A stretch of 32,000 nucleotides of DNA, taken from contig CAIQHU010000127.1 in NCBI GenBank assembly GCA_903871735.1, positions 1-32,000 on the forward strand, given 5' to 3'. Numbering within the stretch: position 1 is the first letter of the stretch; each line of letters opens with the position of its first letter. The notes under the pieces are model-generated. The model did no database searches, was not told the origin of the DNA, and worked only from the letters and a program-made list of their open reading frames with translations. Shown here piece by piece: positions 17,631-28,753 of the stretch. Made by a program: the position numbers and the translations under genes. The DNA comes from an uncultured beta proteobacterium (lineage in GTDB: Bacteria; Pseudomonadota; Gammaproteobacteria; Burkholderiales; Burkholderiaceae).

Positions 17631-18314
17631 TTATTTAGCCTTAGACAACTGGCGATTTCGCTCCTGAAGGAACTTGATTAAGCCATCAATCCCATTTTGG
17701 CTGATCTGATTATTAAACTGGTTACGATAGGCTTCGATTAACCAAGCCCCCAATACGTTAATGTCGTAGACTCTCCAACCATTTGGGGTCTTTTCTAAAC
17801 GATAATCAATTTGGATCGGCTCACCCTTATTCAGAACCTGCGTTCTAACAACTACATCCGTGTCCTCAGGTGCTGCCTTAAAGGGGCGATATTGCACTGT
17901 CTGGTCTTTAATTTGGGTAAGTGCCCCTGCATAGGTACGGATCAACAGCAACTTAAACTCGATAGCAATCTGATTTTGTTGCTCTGGGGTAGCCTTACTC
18001 CAATTTCGACCCATGGCTAACTGCGTAGTCCTTTGTAAATTAGCAAACGGCATAATTTTTTGGTCAACCAGTGTAATCACACGGTTGATATTACCCGCTT
18101 GAATTTCTTTATCTGTCTTAACAATAGTCATGACATCATTCACAATCGCTTGTATTAACCCGTCTGGCGTGGCATCAATGGCTTGGGTTTGTGCTTGCAC
18201 ATTTGGCCAAAGGAAATAGCTAAAAGATAATGCCAGAGCTATCAGTAAGCGCCCACATTGCGAAATAACAATTGATTTTAAAGCAGATGACTTCAAAACA
18301 CTCAAACTAGACAT
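17631..18314 (-). CDS. mlaC: Phospholipid-binding periplasmic protein MlaC (Ttg2D family)
   Basis: Signal-peptide-like N-terminus and MlaC/Ttg2D-like sequence. I prefer the ATG at 18314, which has an AGGA Shine-Dalgarno 6 nt upstream, over the track's TTG at 18341. Confidence 0.85.
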   Translation of the reverse strand: MSSLSVLKSSALKSIVISQCGRLLIALALSFSYFLWPNVQAQTQAIDATPDGLIQAIVNDVMTIVKTDKEIQAGNINRVITLVDQKIMPFANLQRTTQLAMGRNWSKATPEQQNQIAIEFKLLLIRTYAGALTQIKDQTVQYRPFKAAPEDTDVVVRTQVLNKGEPIQIDYRLEKTPNGWRVYDINVLGAWLIEAYRNQFNNQISQNGIDGLIKFLQERNRQLSKAK

Positions 18315-18368
18315 GAAAAATCCTAATAAAAAAGTAACCAAATTTTAACGCTTTTTTATCAGTTCACC

Positions 18369-19145
18369 CTATCTCATCCGCTTTTCTTCTCCAGGATACT
18401 GCATCCTGTTGTTTTGAGCGTCATAATCATCGATTAAGGGCGGCTCGCCATCATAGATTAAAAAACGTCTTCTTTGTAAATATGCATCTCGCACAAAGCT
18501 ATACTGATCAAAAGCCACTCCGGCTAGAAGGCCGCTAGCATTGAGATACTTTAAGCGTTGATCAACAATACGAACGCCACTGACGATATTGCGAACTGGC
18601 ACATTATCTATTTGATTAATCAAAATATCTGTGTTTAAATCAGCGACCCAACCAAAAGCATCTCTCAGAGAGCTTGGGCCTAATATAGGTAATACAACAT
18701 ACGGGCCCGAAGGGATCCCCCAAACACCAAAAGTTTGTCCGAAGTCCTCTTTATGTTTTTCTAAACCTGCTTCGGTAGCCACATCAAAAATTCCGCCTAG
18801 GCCAATCGTCGTATTTACAAAAACCCGAATCAGATCATCTAAAGCGGTTTTAGGCTTGCCTTGTAATAATTGCTGAACTGCTGTAAAAACATCGCCCACA
18901 TTGGCAAAAACATTTGAAAATCTACTTCGAACTATTTCTGGGACGGCATATTCATACACTTTAGTCAAAGGGCGTACGACATAATCATCTAAATTGGTAT
19001 TAAACACATACACGTTACGATTTAAAGCCTCCCAAGGGTCTGCTTTACTTCGCACCTGACCTTCTGGAATGGTCGCACAACCCACTAGAAAAAGGGTCAG
19101 CAGGCCTACCAAAAACTGGCAAAAAAAGCGATGGTTTAAAGGCAT
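18369..19145 (-). CDS. mlaA: Outer-membrane lipoprotein MlaA (VacJ family)
   Basis: Lipobox LFLVGC. VacJ-like motifs DPWE..NR..F.FN and GPY.VLP.LGPS..RD. Confidence 0.9.
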   Translation of the reverse strand: MPLNHRFFCQFLVGLLTLFLVGCATIPEGQVRSKADPWEALNRNVYVFNTNLDDYVVRPLTKVYEYAVPEIVRSRFSNVFANVGDVFTAVQQLLQGKPKTALDDLIRVFVNTTIGLGGIFDVATEAGLEKHKEDFGQTFGVWGIPSGPYVVLPILGPSSLRDAFGWVADLNTDILINQIDNVPVRNIVSGVRIVDQRLKYLNASGLLAGVAFDQYSFVRDAYLQRRRFLIYDGEPPLIDDYDAQNNRMQYPGEEKRMR

Positions 19146-19150
19146 AAGTA

Positions 19151-19636
19151 TTACTTTTTCTCAGGACTTGAATTTTGGCCAGAATCTGCAGCCTTATTGT
19201 ATAAAAATTGACTAATTAAACTCTCAAGTACCATTGCGGACTGGGTTTGTGTAATTTTACCACCCTCGGCCAAGTACTGTGCATCGCCCCCAGCCTCAAG
19301 ACCAATATACTGCTCACCAAGAATTCCAGAAGTTAAAATTTTTGCAGACGTATCTTTTGGAAAACGATAGCGCTCATCCAAATTAAAGACGACGCGCGCT
19401 AAATAATTTTGGTCATCAAACTCAATAGCCGCTACGCGACCCACAACAACTCCAGCACTCTTAATTGGCGCCCTTGGTTTTAATCCACCGATATTGTCAA
19501 AACTCGCAACGATTGTGTATGTCTTAGAAAAACTAAATGAGCTCATATTTCCTGCTTTTAAGGCTAAAAATAAGATGGCTAAAAAACCAATGGCCACAAA
19601 TAACCCAACCCAAAAATCGAATACTGTTTTTTTCAT
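19151..19636 (-). CDS. mlaD: MCE-domain protein MlaD
   Basis: N-terminal TM helix followed by an MCE domain (GLKPRAPIKSAGVVVGRV); 161 aa. Confidence 0.9.
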   Translation of the reverse strand: MKKTVFDFWVGLFVAIGFLAILFLALKAGNMSSFSFSKTYTIVASFDNIGGLKPRAPIKSAGVVVGRVAAIEFDDQNYLARVVFNLDERYRFPKDTSAKILTSGILGEQYIGLEAGGDAQYLAEGGKITQTQSAMVLESLISQFLYNKAADSGQNSSPEKK

Positions 19637-19681
19637 ATTTGGCCCACTATGTATAAATGAATCATGAACAAATCGTTTTCT

Positions 19682-20473
19682 TCAAGTAGAAAACATCACC
19701 GCTGTAAGTAAGAAATCCAGAGCTAAAACGGTTAGGGAAGAAATCACCACTGTGCGCGTAGTTGCAAGGGATACTCCCTCCGGCGTGGCTTTGCTTTCAT
19801 AACCCTGATATAGAGCAATAAATGTAACAGCGATGCCGAACACCACACTTTTAACAACGCCATTACCAATATCCTTAATTACATCAACCCCACCCTGCAT
19901 TTGAGACCAAAAAGCCCCTGAATCCACTCCAATCAGAACAACACCAACTAAATATCCACCGACAATGCCAAGGGCACTAAAAATAGCTGCCAAAAGGGGC
20001 ATAGCAATAATCCCCCCCCATAGTCTTGGCACAAGTACGCGCGTAATCGGATCTACCGCCATCATTTCCATAGCGGACAATTGCTCTCCAGCTTTCATGA
20101 GTCCGATTTCCGCTGTTAAAGATGTTCCAGCCCGTCCTGCAAATAAAAGTGCAGTAACAACTGGGCCCAATTCGCGCGTGAGTGAAAGGGCTACTAATAG
20201 CCCCAAAGCCTGCTCCGAGCCATACTTATTAAGAGTGTAATAGCCCTGCAGACCCAAAACAAATCCAACAAATAAGCCAGACACCGCAATAATTACAAAA
20301 GAATAATTGCCTAGAAAAAAGATTTGGTCTGCAACTAAACGAAACCTCTTGAATAGAATTGATGAACGCCCCAACATGACAACAAACATTTTCGCAGCGT
20401 GCCCAATACTCGCAACATTGACTCTTACAAATGTGCCAAGATCAGTAATTCGATCTGCCAAAAAATTTCTCAT
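19682..20473 (-). CDS. mlaE: ABC permease MlaE
   Basis: 263-aa polytopic protein with the MlaE-like REL.PV.TA...AGR.G motif. It overlaps mlaF by 4 nt. Confidence 0.9.
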   Translation of the reverse strand: MRNFLADRITDLGTFVRVNVASIGHAAKMFVVMLGRSSILFKRFRLVADQIFFLGNYSFVIIAVSGLFVGFVLGLQGYYTLNKYGSEQALGLLVALSLTRELGPVVTALLFAGRAGTSLTAEIGLMKAGEQLSAMEMMAVDPITRVLVPRLWGGIIAMPLLAAIFSALGIVGGYLVGVVLIGVDSGAFWSQMQGGVDVIKDIGNGVVKSVVFGIAVTFIALYQGYESKATPEGVSLATTRTVVISSLTVLALDFLLTAVMFST

Positions 20474-21324
20474 CGGATTGAACCATCCGATTGACTTCTA
20501 TTTACAACTCCAAAGTCCTGATCAATCGCTAAGCCAGGATAGTGAAACGGTACAGGTCCATCAGGTTGAGCATCGATAAATTGCCTGACAAAAAGGTCTT
20601 TAGATCGCATCAGCTCTTGCGGCGTGCCTTGTGCGGCAATCTTTCCACCCGCTATAAAGTACACATAATCAGCAATTTCAAATGTCTCGGGAACATCATG
20701 TGTCACAACAATGCTTGTGGCACCAAGAGCATCATTCATATCCCGAATCAAATGGGCAGTAACACCTAAGGCAATCGGATCTAATCCAGCAAACGGCTCA
20801 TCAAACATAATTAAAGGCGGATCTAAGGCAATCGCTCTAGCTAAGGCTACACGTCTAGACATGCCCCCAGATATTTCTGAGGGCATTAAACCTCTGGCAT
20901 TACGCAAGCCAACCGCATTTAATTTCATCATCACCAAATCTTGAATCATTGCCTCATCTAAACTCGTGTGTTCACGCAAGGGGAATGCAACATTTTCAAA
21001 AACACTCATGTCGGTAAATAGTGCCCCAAACTGGAATAACATACCCATTTTGCGTCGTACCCGAACCAATCCTTCGTGATTAAGAGAGCCAATATCCTCA
21101 CCATCAAATAGAACCTTGCCGGCATTTGCTAGGACTTGCCCACCTAATAAGCGAAGTACAGTCGTTTTGCCACAACCAGACCCCCCCATTACCGCTGTAA
21201 CTTGACCTCTTTTAAATGACATATTGAGGCCATTTAAGATCGTTCTTTGGTCCGGGGAATAGGAAAAGCTGACCTCTTTTAAGCTGGCTATTTCATCCAA
21301 TTTTGACTGTGTACTCGAATCCAT
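20470..21324 (-). CDS. mlaF: ABC ATPase MlaF
   Basis: Walker A GGSGCGKTT, signature ISGGMSRRVALARA, Walker B LIMFDEPFAGLDP. Confidence 0.9.
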   Translation of the reverse strand: MDSSTQSKLDEIASLKEVSFSYSPDQRTILNGLNMSFKRGQVTAVMGGSGCGKTTVLRLLGGQVLANAGKVLFDGEDIGSLNHEGLVRVRRKMGMLFQFGALFTDMSVFENVAFPLREHTSLDEAMIQDLVMMKLNAVGLRNARGLMPSEISGGMSRRVALARAIALDPPLIMFDEPFAGLDPIALGVTAHLIRDMNDALGATSIVVTHDVPETFEIADYVYFIAGGKIAAQGTPQELMRSKDLFVRQFIDAQPDGPVPFHYPGLAIDQDFGVVNRSQSDGSIR

Positions 21325-21387
21325 TTCTCAATTATCATGCAATTTTTGAGAAAGTCTTCAATTAATAACCGTTTTAAGTTGTAAAGC

Positions 21388-22203
21388 TCACTTAGTTGTT
21401 GCCATTAAAGCATCGTCAAAGATTGCTACGGCTCGAGTCCAACCCGCGGAGGCTCCTCGGATTTTGTGCGGAAAGCAACTGATAAAAAATCCGTCGGCAG
21501 GTAATACTTCTAAATTGTGTAATTTTTCTAAATGACAATAACCAATATCCCGACCCGCCTTATGACCCTCCCAAATTAAACTAGAATCTTGCGTTTTTTG
21601 ATATTTTTTCTGCGTATGAACAAAGGGCGCATCCCAACTCCAGCCATCAATGCCGGTTAAACGAATGCCTCTCTCTAAAAGATACATAGTCGCTTCATAG
21701 CCCATACCACAACCAGAGCTCACATAATCAGCATGACCATATCGAGATCCAGCACGGGTATTCACTACAACAATTTCTAACGGCTTTAATTCATGATGAA
21801 TTCTTTTGAGCTCTGCCTCCACATCTTTTGCCTGCACAACATAGCCGTCTTCAAAATGCCGAAAATCTAATTTCACCGCTGGGGCAAAGCACCACTCCAA
21901 AGGCACCTCATGGATGGCTATGGATGGCTTTTTATCCCCCAAGGCATTATCCATCGTGCTATGAAAGTGGTAAGGCGCATCTAAGTGCGTACCATTATGG
22001 GTAGAAATCGTTGCAACTTCAACAGCCCAACCCTCCCCATCCGGTAATTCATTTTTTTGCAATCCTGGAAAAAAGTCTGCAATCCTCTCAATCGTATCTT
22101 CGTGGGTAAAGTATTCAATTCGAGGCTTAAATGAAGGCGGATCACTGAGAACATCGTTCTCTAAAAAAATAGAAATATCGACAAATTTACGGCTCATCTG
22201 CAT
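21388..22203 (-). CDS. Cyclase-family protein (kynurenine formamidase-like fold)
   Basis: The H-x-G-T-H-x-D-x-P-x-H metal-binding motif is present as THNGTHLDAPYHF; 271 aa. Confidence 0.85.
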   Translation of the reverse strand: MQMSRKFVDISIFLENDVLSDPPSFKPRIEYFTHEDTIERIADFFPGLQKNELPDGEGWAVEVATISTHNGTHLDAPYHFHSTMDNALGDKKPSIAIHEVPLEWCFAPAVKLDFRHFEDGYVVQAKDVEAELKRIHHELKPLEIVVVNTRAGSRYGHADYVSSGCGMGYEATMYLLERGIRLTGIDGWSWDAPFVHTQKKYQKTQDSSLIWEGHKAGRDIGYCHLEKLHNLEVLPADGFFISCFPHKIRGASAGWTRAVAIFDDALMATTK

Positions 22204-22270
22204 GTCTCCTAATATGTATTTACACTTTTTATGGATTACTAAATATTCAATTACAGCTTCATCAGAAACT

Positions 22271-23734
22271 TTATCTGGGCAAAACGCTAGCTCCCATTAG
22301 ATACTCGTCTACGGCTCTGGCGCACTGACGACCCTCTCGAATCGCCCAGACAACTAGGGATTGGCCCCGACGCATGTCTCCAGCAGCAAAGACTTTCGGA
22401 TGATTAGTATGATAAGCACGCTCACCCTCTGTCGAAGCCTTTGCATTTCCCCGAGCATCCTTCTCGATCCCAAAGCCACTTAATATTTGCTGCGCTGGCG
22501 AAACAAAACCCATTGCTAATAAGACTAAATCAGCCTTCATCTCAAATTCAGAATTTGGAACTTCTGTCATTTTTCCATTCTGCCATTCCAAGCGTACACC
22601 AATTAATTTCTCTACTTTGCCGTTCTTTCCTTCAAATCGTTTGGTAGCAACTGACCAGTCTCGTTCACACCCCTCTTCGTGCGACGAAGATGTACGAAGT
22701 TTTGTTGGCCAATAAGGCCATACTAAAGGCTTATTCTCCTCCTCAGGTGGCTGCGGAAGTAGTTCAAACTGACTCACAGATTTTGCACCATGCCGGTTGG
22801 ATGTGCCAACGCAATCTGAGCCAGTATCACCACCACCAATAACAATGACATGCTTACCGTGAGCATGTATGTCATTTTTTAGATCCCCCGCAACTTCTTT
22901 ATTTTGCGGTATCAAAAACTCTAGCGCAAAATGAACGCCAGCTAAATCTCGCCCTGGAATAGGTAAGTCTCTTGGTTGCTCAGCACCACCACTGACTATG
23001 ACCGCATCAAATTCTTCTAAAAGGCGATCCGGGTCAATCCTCTCTTGAGAGTAGTCTTTAATAAATGGGTCTAATTGTTCTTTGCCGACCATCACACTTG
23101 TCTTGAAAATAACTCCCTCAGCAATCATCTGTTCAACACGACGATCAATTAAACCCTTTTCCATCTTAAAATCCGGAATACCGTACCGTAATAGGCCACC
23201 GATACGATCATTCTTTTCAAAGACAGTCACCTGATGCCCTACACGCGCCAATTGCTGGGCCGCAGCCATCCCAGCTGGACCTGAACCGACTACTGCAATC
23301 TTTTTATTTGTTTGGTGGGTAGGCAAAATAGGCTTAACCCAGCCATGCTCCCACGCACGATCAATAATGGCATGTTCGATCGACTTGATTCCAACTGCTT
23401 CACTATTAATTCCTAGAGTACAGGCAGCTTCACATGGTGCAGGACAAATCCGCCCCGTAAACTCTGGGAAATTATTTGTAGAATGTAAAACTTCTATCGC
23501 CTGTTGCCAGTCTTGCTGAAAAACTAGGTCGTTAAAGTCCGGAATAATATTGTTCACTGGACAGCCATTATTACAAAATGGAATCCCGCAATCCATACAA
23601 CGGGCACCCTGAATCTTGGCCTCTTCATCCGTCAGTGAGATGACGAACTCCTTGTAATGCTGTACCCGTTTTGTGGCGTCTTCGTAGTGTTCAGACTGTC
23701 GCTCGAACTCTAAAAAACCTGTCATTTTTCCCAT
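22271..23734 (-). CDS. gltD: Glutamate synthase (NADPH) small subunit
   Basis: Fe-S Cys clusters ([18 protein letters not shown]), dinucleotide fold [14 protein letters not shown]; 487 aa, directly downstream of gltB. Confidence 0.95.
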   Translation of the reverse strand: MGKMTGFLEFERQSEHYEDATKRVQHYKEFVISLTDEEAKIQGARCMDCGIPFCNNGCPVNNIIPDFNDLVFQQDWQQAIEVLHSTNNFPEFTGRICPAPCEAACTLGINSEAVGIKSIEHAIIDRAWEHGWVKPILPTHQTNKKIAVVGSGPAGMAAAQQLARVGHQVTVFEKNDRIGGLLRYGIPDFKMEKGLIDRRVEQMIAEGVIFKTSVMVGKEQLDPFIKDYSQERIDPDRLLEEFDAVIVSGGAEQPRDLPIPGRDLAGVHFALEFLIPQNKEVAGDLKNDIHAHGKHVIVIGGGDTGSDCVGTSNRHGAKSVSQFELLPQPPEEENKPLVWPYWPTKLRTSSSHEEGCERDWSVATKRFEGKNGKVEKLIGVRLEWQNGKMTEVPNSEFEMKADLVLLAMGFVSPAQQILSGFGIEKDARGNAKASTEGERAYHTNHPKVFAAGDMRRGQSLVVWAIREGRQCARAVDEYLMGASVLPR

Positions 23735-23760
23735 CGTTTTCTCTCTATCTCTTTAAATCT

Positions 23761-26700
23761 TTAAACAGTTGTTAATTTCTTAGTGGCATTTGGATTTGAT
23801 TTTTCCCATAGCTCACCCAAGGCACGCTTATACTCCGTCGGAAATACTTTGATAAATTGACCAAGTGCCACATCCCAATCTTTCAAGATAGCTTTAGCCT
23901 GTTCGGAGCCGGTATAGCGGAAGTGTTTTTCGATCAAGTCTTTCAGTATTTCTTCATCAGTCAATCGATCACCACCATCTTTTACATCTAATGGGGCATG
24001 CCATTGTGCTTGCGGTATGGTTGCTATCTGTGCAGCCGAGCGAAGGACTGGCTCTAAAGTTGCCATCGTGGTATTACACCGCTTTGCAAATAAGCCATCC
24101 TCATCAAAAACATATGCAATACCACCACTCATACCAGCCGCAAAATTACGGCCAGTATTTCCTAGGACAACCACAGTCCCACCAGTCATATACTCAGCCC
24201 CGTGGTCTCCTGTGCCCTCTACAACCGTTAGTACTCCGGAGTTTCTTACCGCAAAGCGCTCGCCGGCCACACCATTAAAGTATGCCTCCCCGGCAATAGC
24301 GCCATATAAAACAGTATTGCCAACAATAATGTTTTCTATCGAGTTGCCTTTAAATTCATGTGGAGTTCGTACAATCACACGTCCGCCAGAAAGGCCCTTG
24401 CCAACATAATCATTACCATCACCCACTAAGTCAAAAGTTATACCCTTTGCTAAGAACGCCCCAAAACTTTGGCCAGCAGTGCCATTTAACTGGATGTGAA
24501 TCGTGTCATCAGGCAAACCAGCATGACCATATTTTCTTGCGACGCGCCCAGAAAGCATGGCCCCAACGGTACGATTAACATTCTTCACTGGATGAATAAA
24601 AGATACCCGCTCTCCCCGCTCAAGAGCTACACTAGACTTTACTATTAAGTCTTGATCAAGCGCTTTTTCAAGATTGTGATCCTGTGTCGTAACTTGACGC
24701 TTATCAGGATTTAACTGGTGCAGTGGCTGCGCAAAGATTTTCTTGAAATCTAGGCCTTTGGCTTTCCAGTGATCAATGCCTTTTTTGGTATCTAGTAAAT
24801 CAACTCGCCCAACTAATTCATCAAAAGTCCGAATGCCCAACTGCGCCATAATTTCTCGCACTTCTTCGGCAATGTAGAAGAAAAAATTCACGACATATTC
24901 TGGCTTACCTGAGAATTTCTTTCGTAAGACCGGATCTTGCGTTGCCACTCCTACTGGACAAGTATTCAAATGGCACTTGCGCATCATGATGCATCCCTCG
25001 ACCACTAATGGCGCAGTTGCAAAACCAAATTCGTCAGCGCCTAATAATGCCCCAATCACAACGTCACGACCAGTTTTCATCTGGCCATCTGCTTGAACAC
25101 GGATACGTCCTCGCAGTCCATTTAAAACAAGGGTTTGCTGCGTTTCTGCTAAGCCTAATTCCCAAGGGGAGCCTGCATGTTTGATCGAAGACAGCGGCGA
25201 CGCACCTGTGCCACCATCATGGCCTGAAATCACTACATGGTCTGCTTTTGCTTTTGCTACGCCAGCCGCAACAGTCCCAACACCAACCTCCGAGACAAGC
25301 TTGACGGAAATATCCGCCTGCGGATTGACATTTTTTAAATCATGTATCAGCTGCGCCAAGTCTTCGATCGAATAAATATCATGATGTGGTGGTGGTGATA
25401 TTAAGCCAACACCAGGTACTGAATAACGTAATTTACCAATATAGTCGGATACTTTTCCACCAGGAAGTTGACCGCCCTCACCAGGCTTTGCCCCTTGCGC
25501 CATCTTAATTTGGATTTGATCTGCAGAAATCAAATACTCTGCCGTTACTCCAAAGCGGCCTGATGCCACCTGTTTAATTTTTGACCGTAATGAGTCTCCA
25601 GGAAGGAGTGCAATATCGGCTTCAATGACTTCTTTACCCAGTTGACTAGCAATCGTTTGGCCAGCCGCAATAGGTATTCCTTTCAGTTCATTACTATAGC
25701 GATTTTGATCCTCACCACCTTCCCCTGTATTGGATTTACCACCAATCCGGTTCATTGCTACAGCTAGGGTCGCGTGTGCTTCTGTGGAGATTGAGCCTAA
25801 GGACATCGCACCGGTTGCAAACCGTTTTACGATTTCTTTTGCGGGCTCTACTTCGTCCAACAAAATTGCTTTACTTGGGTCTAATTTAAATTCAAATAAA
25901 CCGCGTAATGTCATATGACGCGTACTCTGATCATTAATTAAATGAGCATACTCTTTATACGTTTTGTATCCGCCGTTTTCTGGACCTGAGCGCGTAGAAT
26001 GTTGCAATTTTGCAATCGAATCGGGCGTCCACATATGATCTTCGCCCCTGATCCGGTAAGCATATTCACCCCCGGCTTCGAGCATCGTGGTTAATGTTGG
26101 ATCTTCTCCAAATGCTAACTGATGCATTCTAATTGACTCTTCTGCAACATCAAATATTCCTACCCCACCGATATTAGAGGCCGTTCCTGTAAAGTATTTT
26201 TTGACGAGATCTTCTGCTAAGCCAATAGCCTCAAAAATTTGAGATCCTGTATAGGACATATATGTTGATATGCCCATTTTGGACATCACTTTTTGTAGTC
26301 CCTTTCCAACAGCCTTGACATAGTTATAGATGACTTTTTCTGCGGATAACTCCCCTGGTAAACCTTTTGCCATTTCTGCTAAAGTTTCCATGGCTAAATA
26401 GGGGTGTACAGCCTCTGCTCCATATCCCGCCAAGAGGGCAAAATGGTGGGTTTCTCTTGCTGAACCAGTTTCTATTACAAGTCCCGTACTGGTTCGCAAG
26501 CCTTTTTGAACCAAATGTTGATGAATCGATGAAGTTGCTAAGAGTGCAGGTATCGCCACATAACTCTCTGCAACTTGCCGATCACTCACAATTAAAATAT
26601 TAAATCCTAATTTAACGGCGTCTACCGCTTCTGCACATAAAGACGCGAGCCGCGCTTCAATGCCCTCTTTACCCCAAGCTACGGGATAGCAAATATCTAA

Positions 26701-28515
26701 TTCATGGGAACGAAATTTGCCACCGGTATAGTGCTCTATATGTCGAATTTTTGACATATCATTTAAGTCTAAAATAGGTTGGCTAACCTCTAATCGCATC
26801 GGTGGATTAATGTTATTTGTGTCTAGTAGATTTGGCTTCGGGCCAATGAATGACACCAAGGACATCACCATGTTTTCACGTATAGAGTCAATGGGTGGAT
26901 TCGTTACTTGGGCAAATAATTGCTTAAAATAGTGATACAGAATTTTATTTTTATTCGATAAAACGGCTAATGGGCTATCGTTACCCATAGAGCCAACTGC
27001 TTCTTCACCTGTTTGGGCCATGGGTGCCATTAAAAACTTAATATCTTCTTGCGTATATGCAAAGGCTTGCTGGCGATCTAGTAATTTTGCCGCTGGACGA
27101 ATATGCTTTTGATCATCTAGTAAATCTGTTTCGTTTGCATCAATTTCATCGAGCTTAATGCGTACCGCATCTATCCAACTTTTATATGGTTTAGCTTTTG
27201 ATAAAGCTTCTTTTAACTCGTTATCCTCGATAATGCGACCCTGCTCCATATCGATCAAAAACATTTTGCCAGGCTGCAAACGCCATTTTTTGACGATCTT
27301 ACTTTCTGGAAATTTTAAAACCCCTGCTTCCGAAGCCATAATGACTAAATCATCATCCGTTACATAGTAACGTGCAGGACGCAAGCCATTTCGGTCTAGC
27401 GTTGCTCCAATTTGTCGTCCATCTGTAAATGCAATCGCTGCTGGGCCATCCCATGGCTCCATCATGGCTGCGTGGTACTCGTAAAATGCTCGGCGATTTT
27501 CATCCATTAAAGTATGCTGTTCCCATGCTTCAGGAATCATCATCATCATGGCATGGGCTAATGGGTAGCCGGCCATAACTAAAAGCTCAAGGCAATTATC
27601 AAAACTGGCTGTATCGGATTGGCCTGGATAAATTAATGGCCATAATTTTTGTAAGTCATCGCCTAGAACGGGTGAACGTATTGCGCCGGTTCTGGCATTA
27701 ATCCAGTTTACATTGCCCTTGACCGTATTAATTTCGCCATTGTGGGCAATCATGCGGTATGGGTGCGCTAACTCCCAAGCTGGGAATGTATTTGTTGAGA
27801 ATCGCTGGTGTACTAATGCCAAGGCTGATACGACTCTTTCGTCTTTCAAATCTTTATAGTAAGCACCAACCTGGTTTGCTAATAGTAATCCCTTATAGAC
27901 TACTGTTCGAGCGGACATCGAAGTTACAAAATATTCTTTGCCATGCTTCAGTTCTAGATGCTGTATGGCATGACTAGCTGATTTTCGGATGACATATAAC
28001 TTTCTTTCTAAGGCATCTGTAGTCATAATCTCTCGCCCGCGACCAATAAATATTTGGCGAATTACGGGCTCGGATTGTCTGACATTTGGCGACATCGGCA
28101 TGTCTGTATCAACCGGTACGTCTCTCCAACCCAAGATGACTTGACCCTCTATTCTGACGGTTCTTTCTAGTTCTTGTTCACATGCTAGACGTGATGCATT
28201 TTCTTTAGGCAAAAATACCATCCCAACCCCATACTCGCCGTCTGGAGGCAACTTAATCGACTGTTTAGCCATTTCCTCACGATAAAACTGATCTGGAATC
28301 TGTATTAATATCCCTGCGCCATCGCCCATTAACTCATCGGCACCCACTGCTCCACGATGGTCTAAGTTCTCAAGTATTTTTAAACCTTGGGATACGATTT
28401 CATGGGCTCGTTGCCCCTTAATATGCGCTACAAAGCCAACTCCACAAGCATCGTGCTCATTTGAAGGGTGATAAAGGCCTTGCGCTTCGGGACGCAATTT
28501 AGACAGATTACTCAT
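23761..28515 (-). CDS. gltB: Glutamate synthase (NADPH) large subunit
   Basis: 1584 aa. N-terminal amidotransferase start ...[14 protein letters not shown], followed by central FMN/3Fe-4S and C-terminal GXGXG domains. Confidence 0.97.
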   Translation of the reverse strand: MSNLSKLRPEAQGLYHPSNEHDACGVGFVAHIKGQRAHEIVSQGLKILENLDHRGAVGADELMGDGAGILIQIPDQFYREEMAKQSIKLPPDGEYGVGMVFLPKENASRLACEQELERTVRIEGQVILGWRDVPVDTDMPMSPNVRQSEPVIRQIFIGRGREIMTTDALERKLYVIRKSASHAIQHLELKHGKEYFVTSMSARTVVYKGLLLANQVGAYYKDLKDERVVSALALVHQRFSTNTFPAWELAHPYRMIAHNGEINTVKGNVNWINARTGAIRSPVLGDDLQKLWPLIYPGQSDTASFDNCLELLVMAGYPLAHAMMMMIPEAWEQHTLMDENRRAFYEYHAAMMEPWDGPAAIAFTDGRQIGATLDRNGLRPARYYVTDDDLVIMASEAGVLKFPESKIVKKWRLQPGKMFLIDMEQGRIIEDNELKEALSKAKPYKSWIDAVRIKLDEIDANETDLLDDQKHIRPAAKLLDRQQAFAYTQEDIKFLMAPMAQTGEEAVGSMGNDSPLAVLSNKNKILYHYFKQLFAQVTNPPIDSIRENMVMSLVSFIGPKPNLLDTNNINPPMRLEVSQPILDLNDMSKIRHIEHYTGGKFRSHELDICYPVAWGKEGIEARLASLCAEAVDAVKLGFNILIVSDRQVAESYVAIPALLATSSIHQHLVQKGLRTSTGLVIETGSARETHHFALLAGYGAEAVHPYLAMETLAEMAKGLPGELSAEKVIYNYVKAVGKGLQKVMSKMGISTYMSYTGSQIFEAIGLAEDLVKKYFTGTASNIGGVGIFDVAEESIRMHQLAFGEDPTLTTMLEAGGEYAYRIRGEDHMWTPDSIAKLQHSTRSGPENGGYKTYKEYAHLINDQSTRHMTLRGLFEFKLDPSKAILLDEVEPAKEIVKRFATGAMSLGSISTEAHATLAVAMNRIGGKSNTGEGGEDQNRYSNELKGIPIAAGQTIASQLGKEVIEADIALLPGDSLRSKIKQVASGRFGVTAEYLISADQIQIKMAQGAKPGEGGQLPGGKVSDYIGKLRYSVPGVGLISPPPHHDIYSIEDLAQLIHDLKNVNPQADISVKLVSEVGVGTVAAGVAKAKADHVVISGHDGGTGASPLSSIKHAGSPWELGLAETQQTLVLNGLRGRIRVQADGQMKTGRDVVIGALLGADEFGFATAPLVVEGCIMMRKCHLNTCPVGVATQDPVLRKKFSGKPEYVVNFFFYIAEEVREIMAQLGIRTFDELVGRVDLLDTKKGIDHWKAKGLDFKKIFAQPLHQLNPDKRQVTTQDHNLEKALDQDLIVKSSVALERGERVSFIHPVKNVNRTVGAMLSGRVARKYGHAGLPDDTIHIQLNGTAGQSFGAFLAKGITFDLVGDGNDYVGKGLSGGRVIVRTPHEFKGNSIENIIVGNTVLYGAIAGEAYFNGVAGERFAVRNSGVLTVVEGTGDHGAEYMTGGTVVVLGNTGRNFAAGMSGGIAYVFDEDGLFAKRCNTTMATLEPVLRSAAQIATIPQAQWHAPLDVKDGGDRLTDEEILKDLIEKHFRYTGSEQAKAILKDWDVALGQFIKVFPTEYKRALGELWEKSNPNATKKLTTV

Positions 28516-28670
28516 CAGATATTCCTCAATGTATTACAGGGTTTTAAACAAGGTAGCGCCACCTTTGGTGAACAGTATTTGCCTTGGTCTAACTTGTGAA
28601 GCTCTCCTAAGGACTCACCCTGAGGAGTTACTATAGGGGAGATTCCTTGGATTTTCAAATACTAACCCAA

Positions 28671-28734
28671 CCACTCCGTCCCCTATTTATCCCGCTGCAC
28701 TATTTTGGCGAACCACGCACAGGGGACGGAGTGG
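28671..28734. repeat. REP/REPIN-like inverted repeat (14-bp perfect arms, 36-nt spacer) just downstream of the RAYT-like gene
   Basis: CCACTCCGTCCCCT (28671-28684) is the exact reverse complement of AGGGGACGGAGTGG (28721-28734). The arms extend by about 5 more bp if a 2-nt bulge is allowed. Confidence 0.65.
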
Positions 28735-28753
28735 GGTTGCGGAGATATTGTGT

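Noticed and set aside
17631-18341. Longer MlaC start at the TTG at 18341
   Set aside because: The ATG at 18314 has an AGGA Shine-Dalgarno at proper spacing and yields a normal signal peptide.
23991-27977. Numerous 60-130-aa plus-strand ORFs inside gltB
   Set aside because: They are antisense shadows of a 1584-aa, unambiguously identified gltB.
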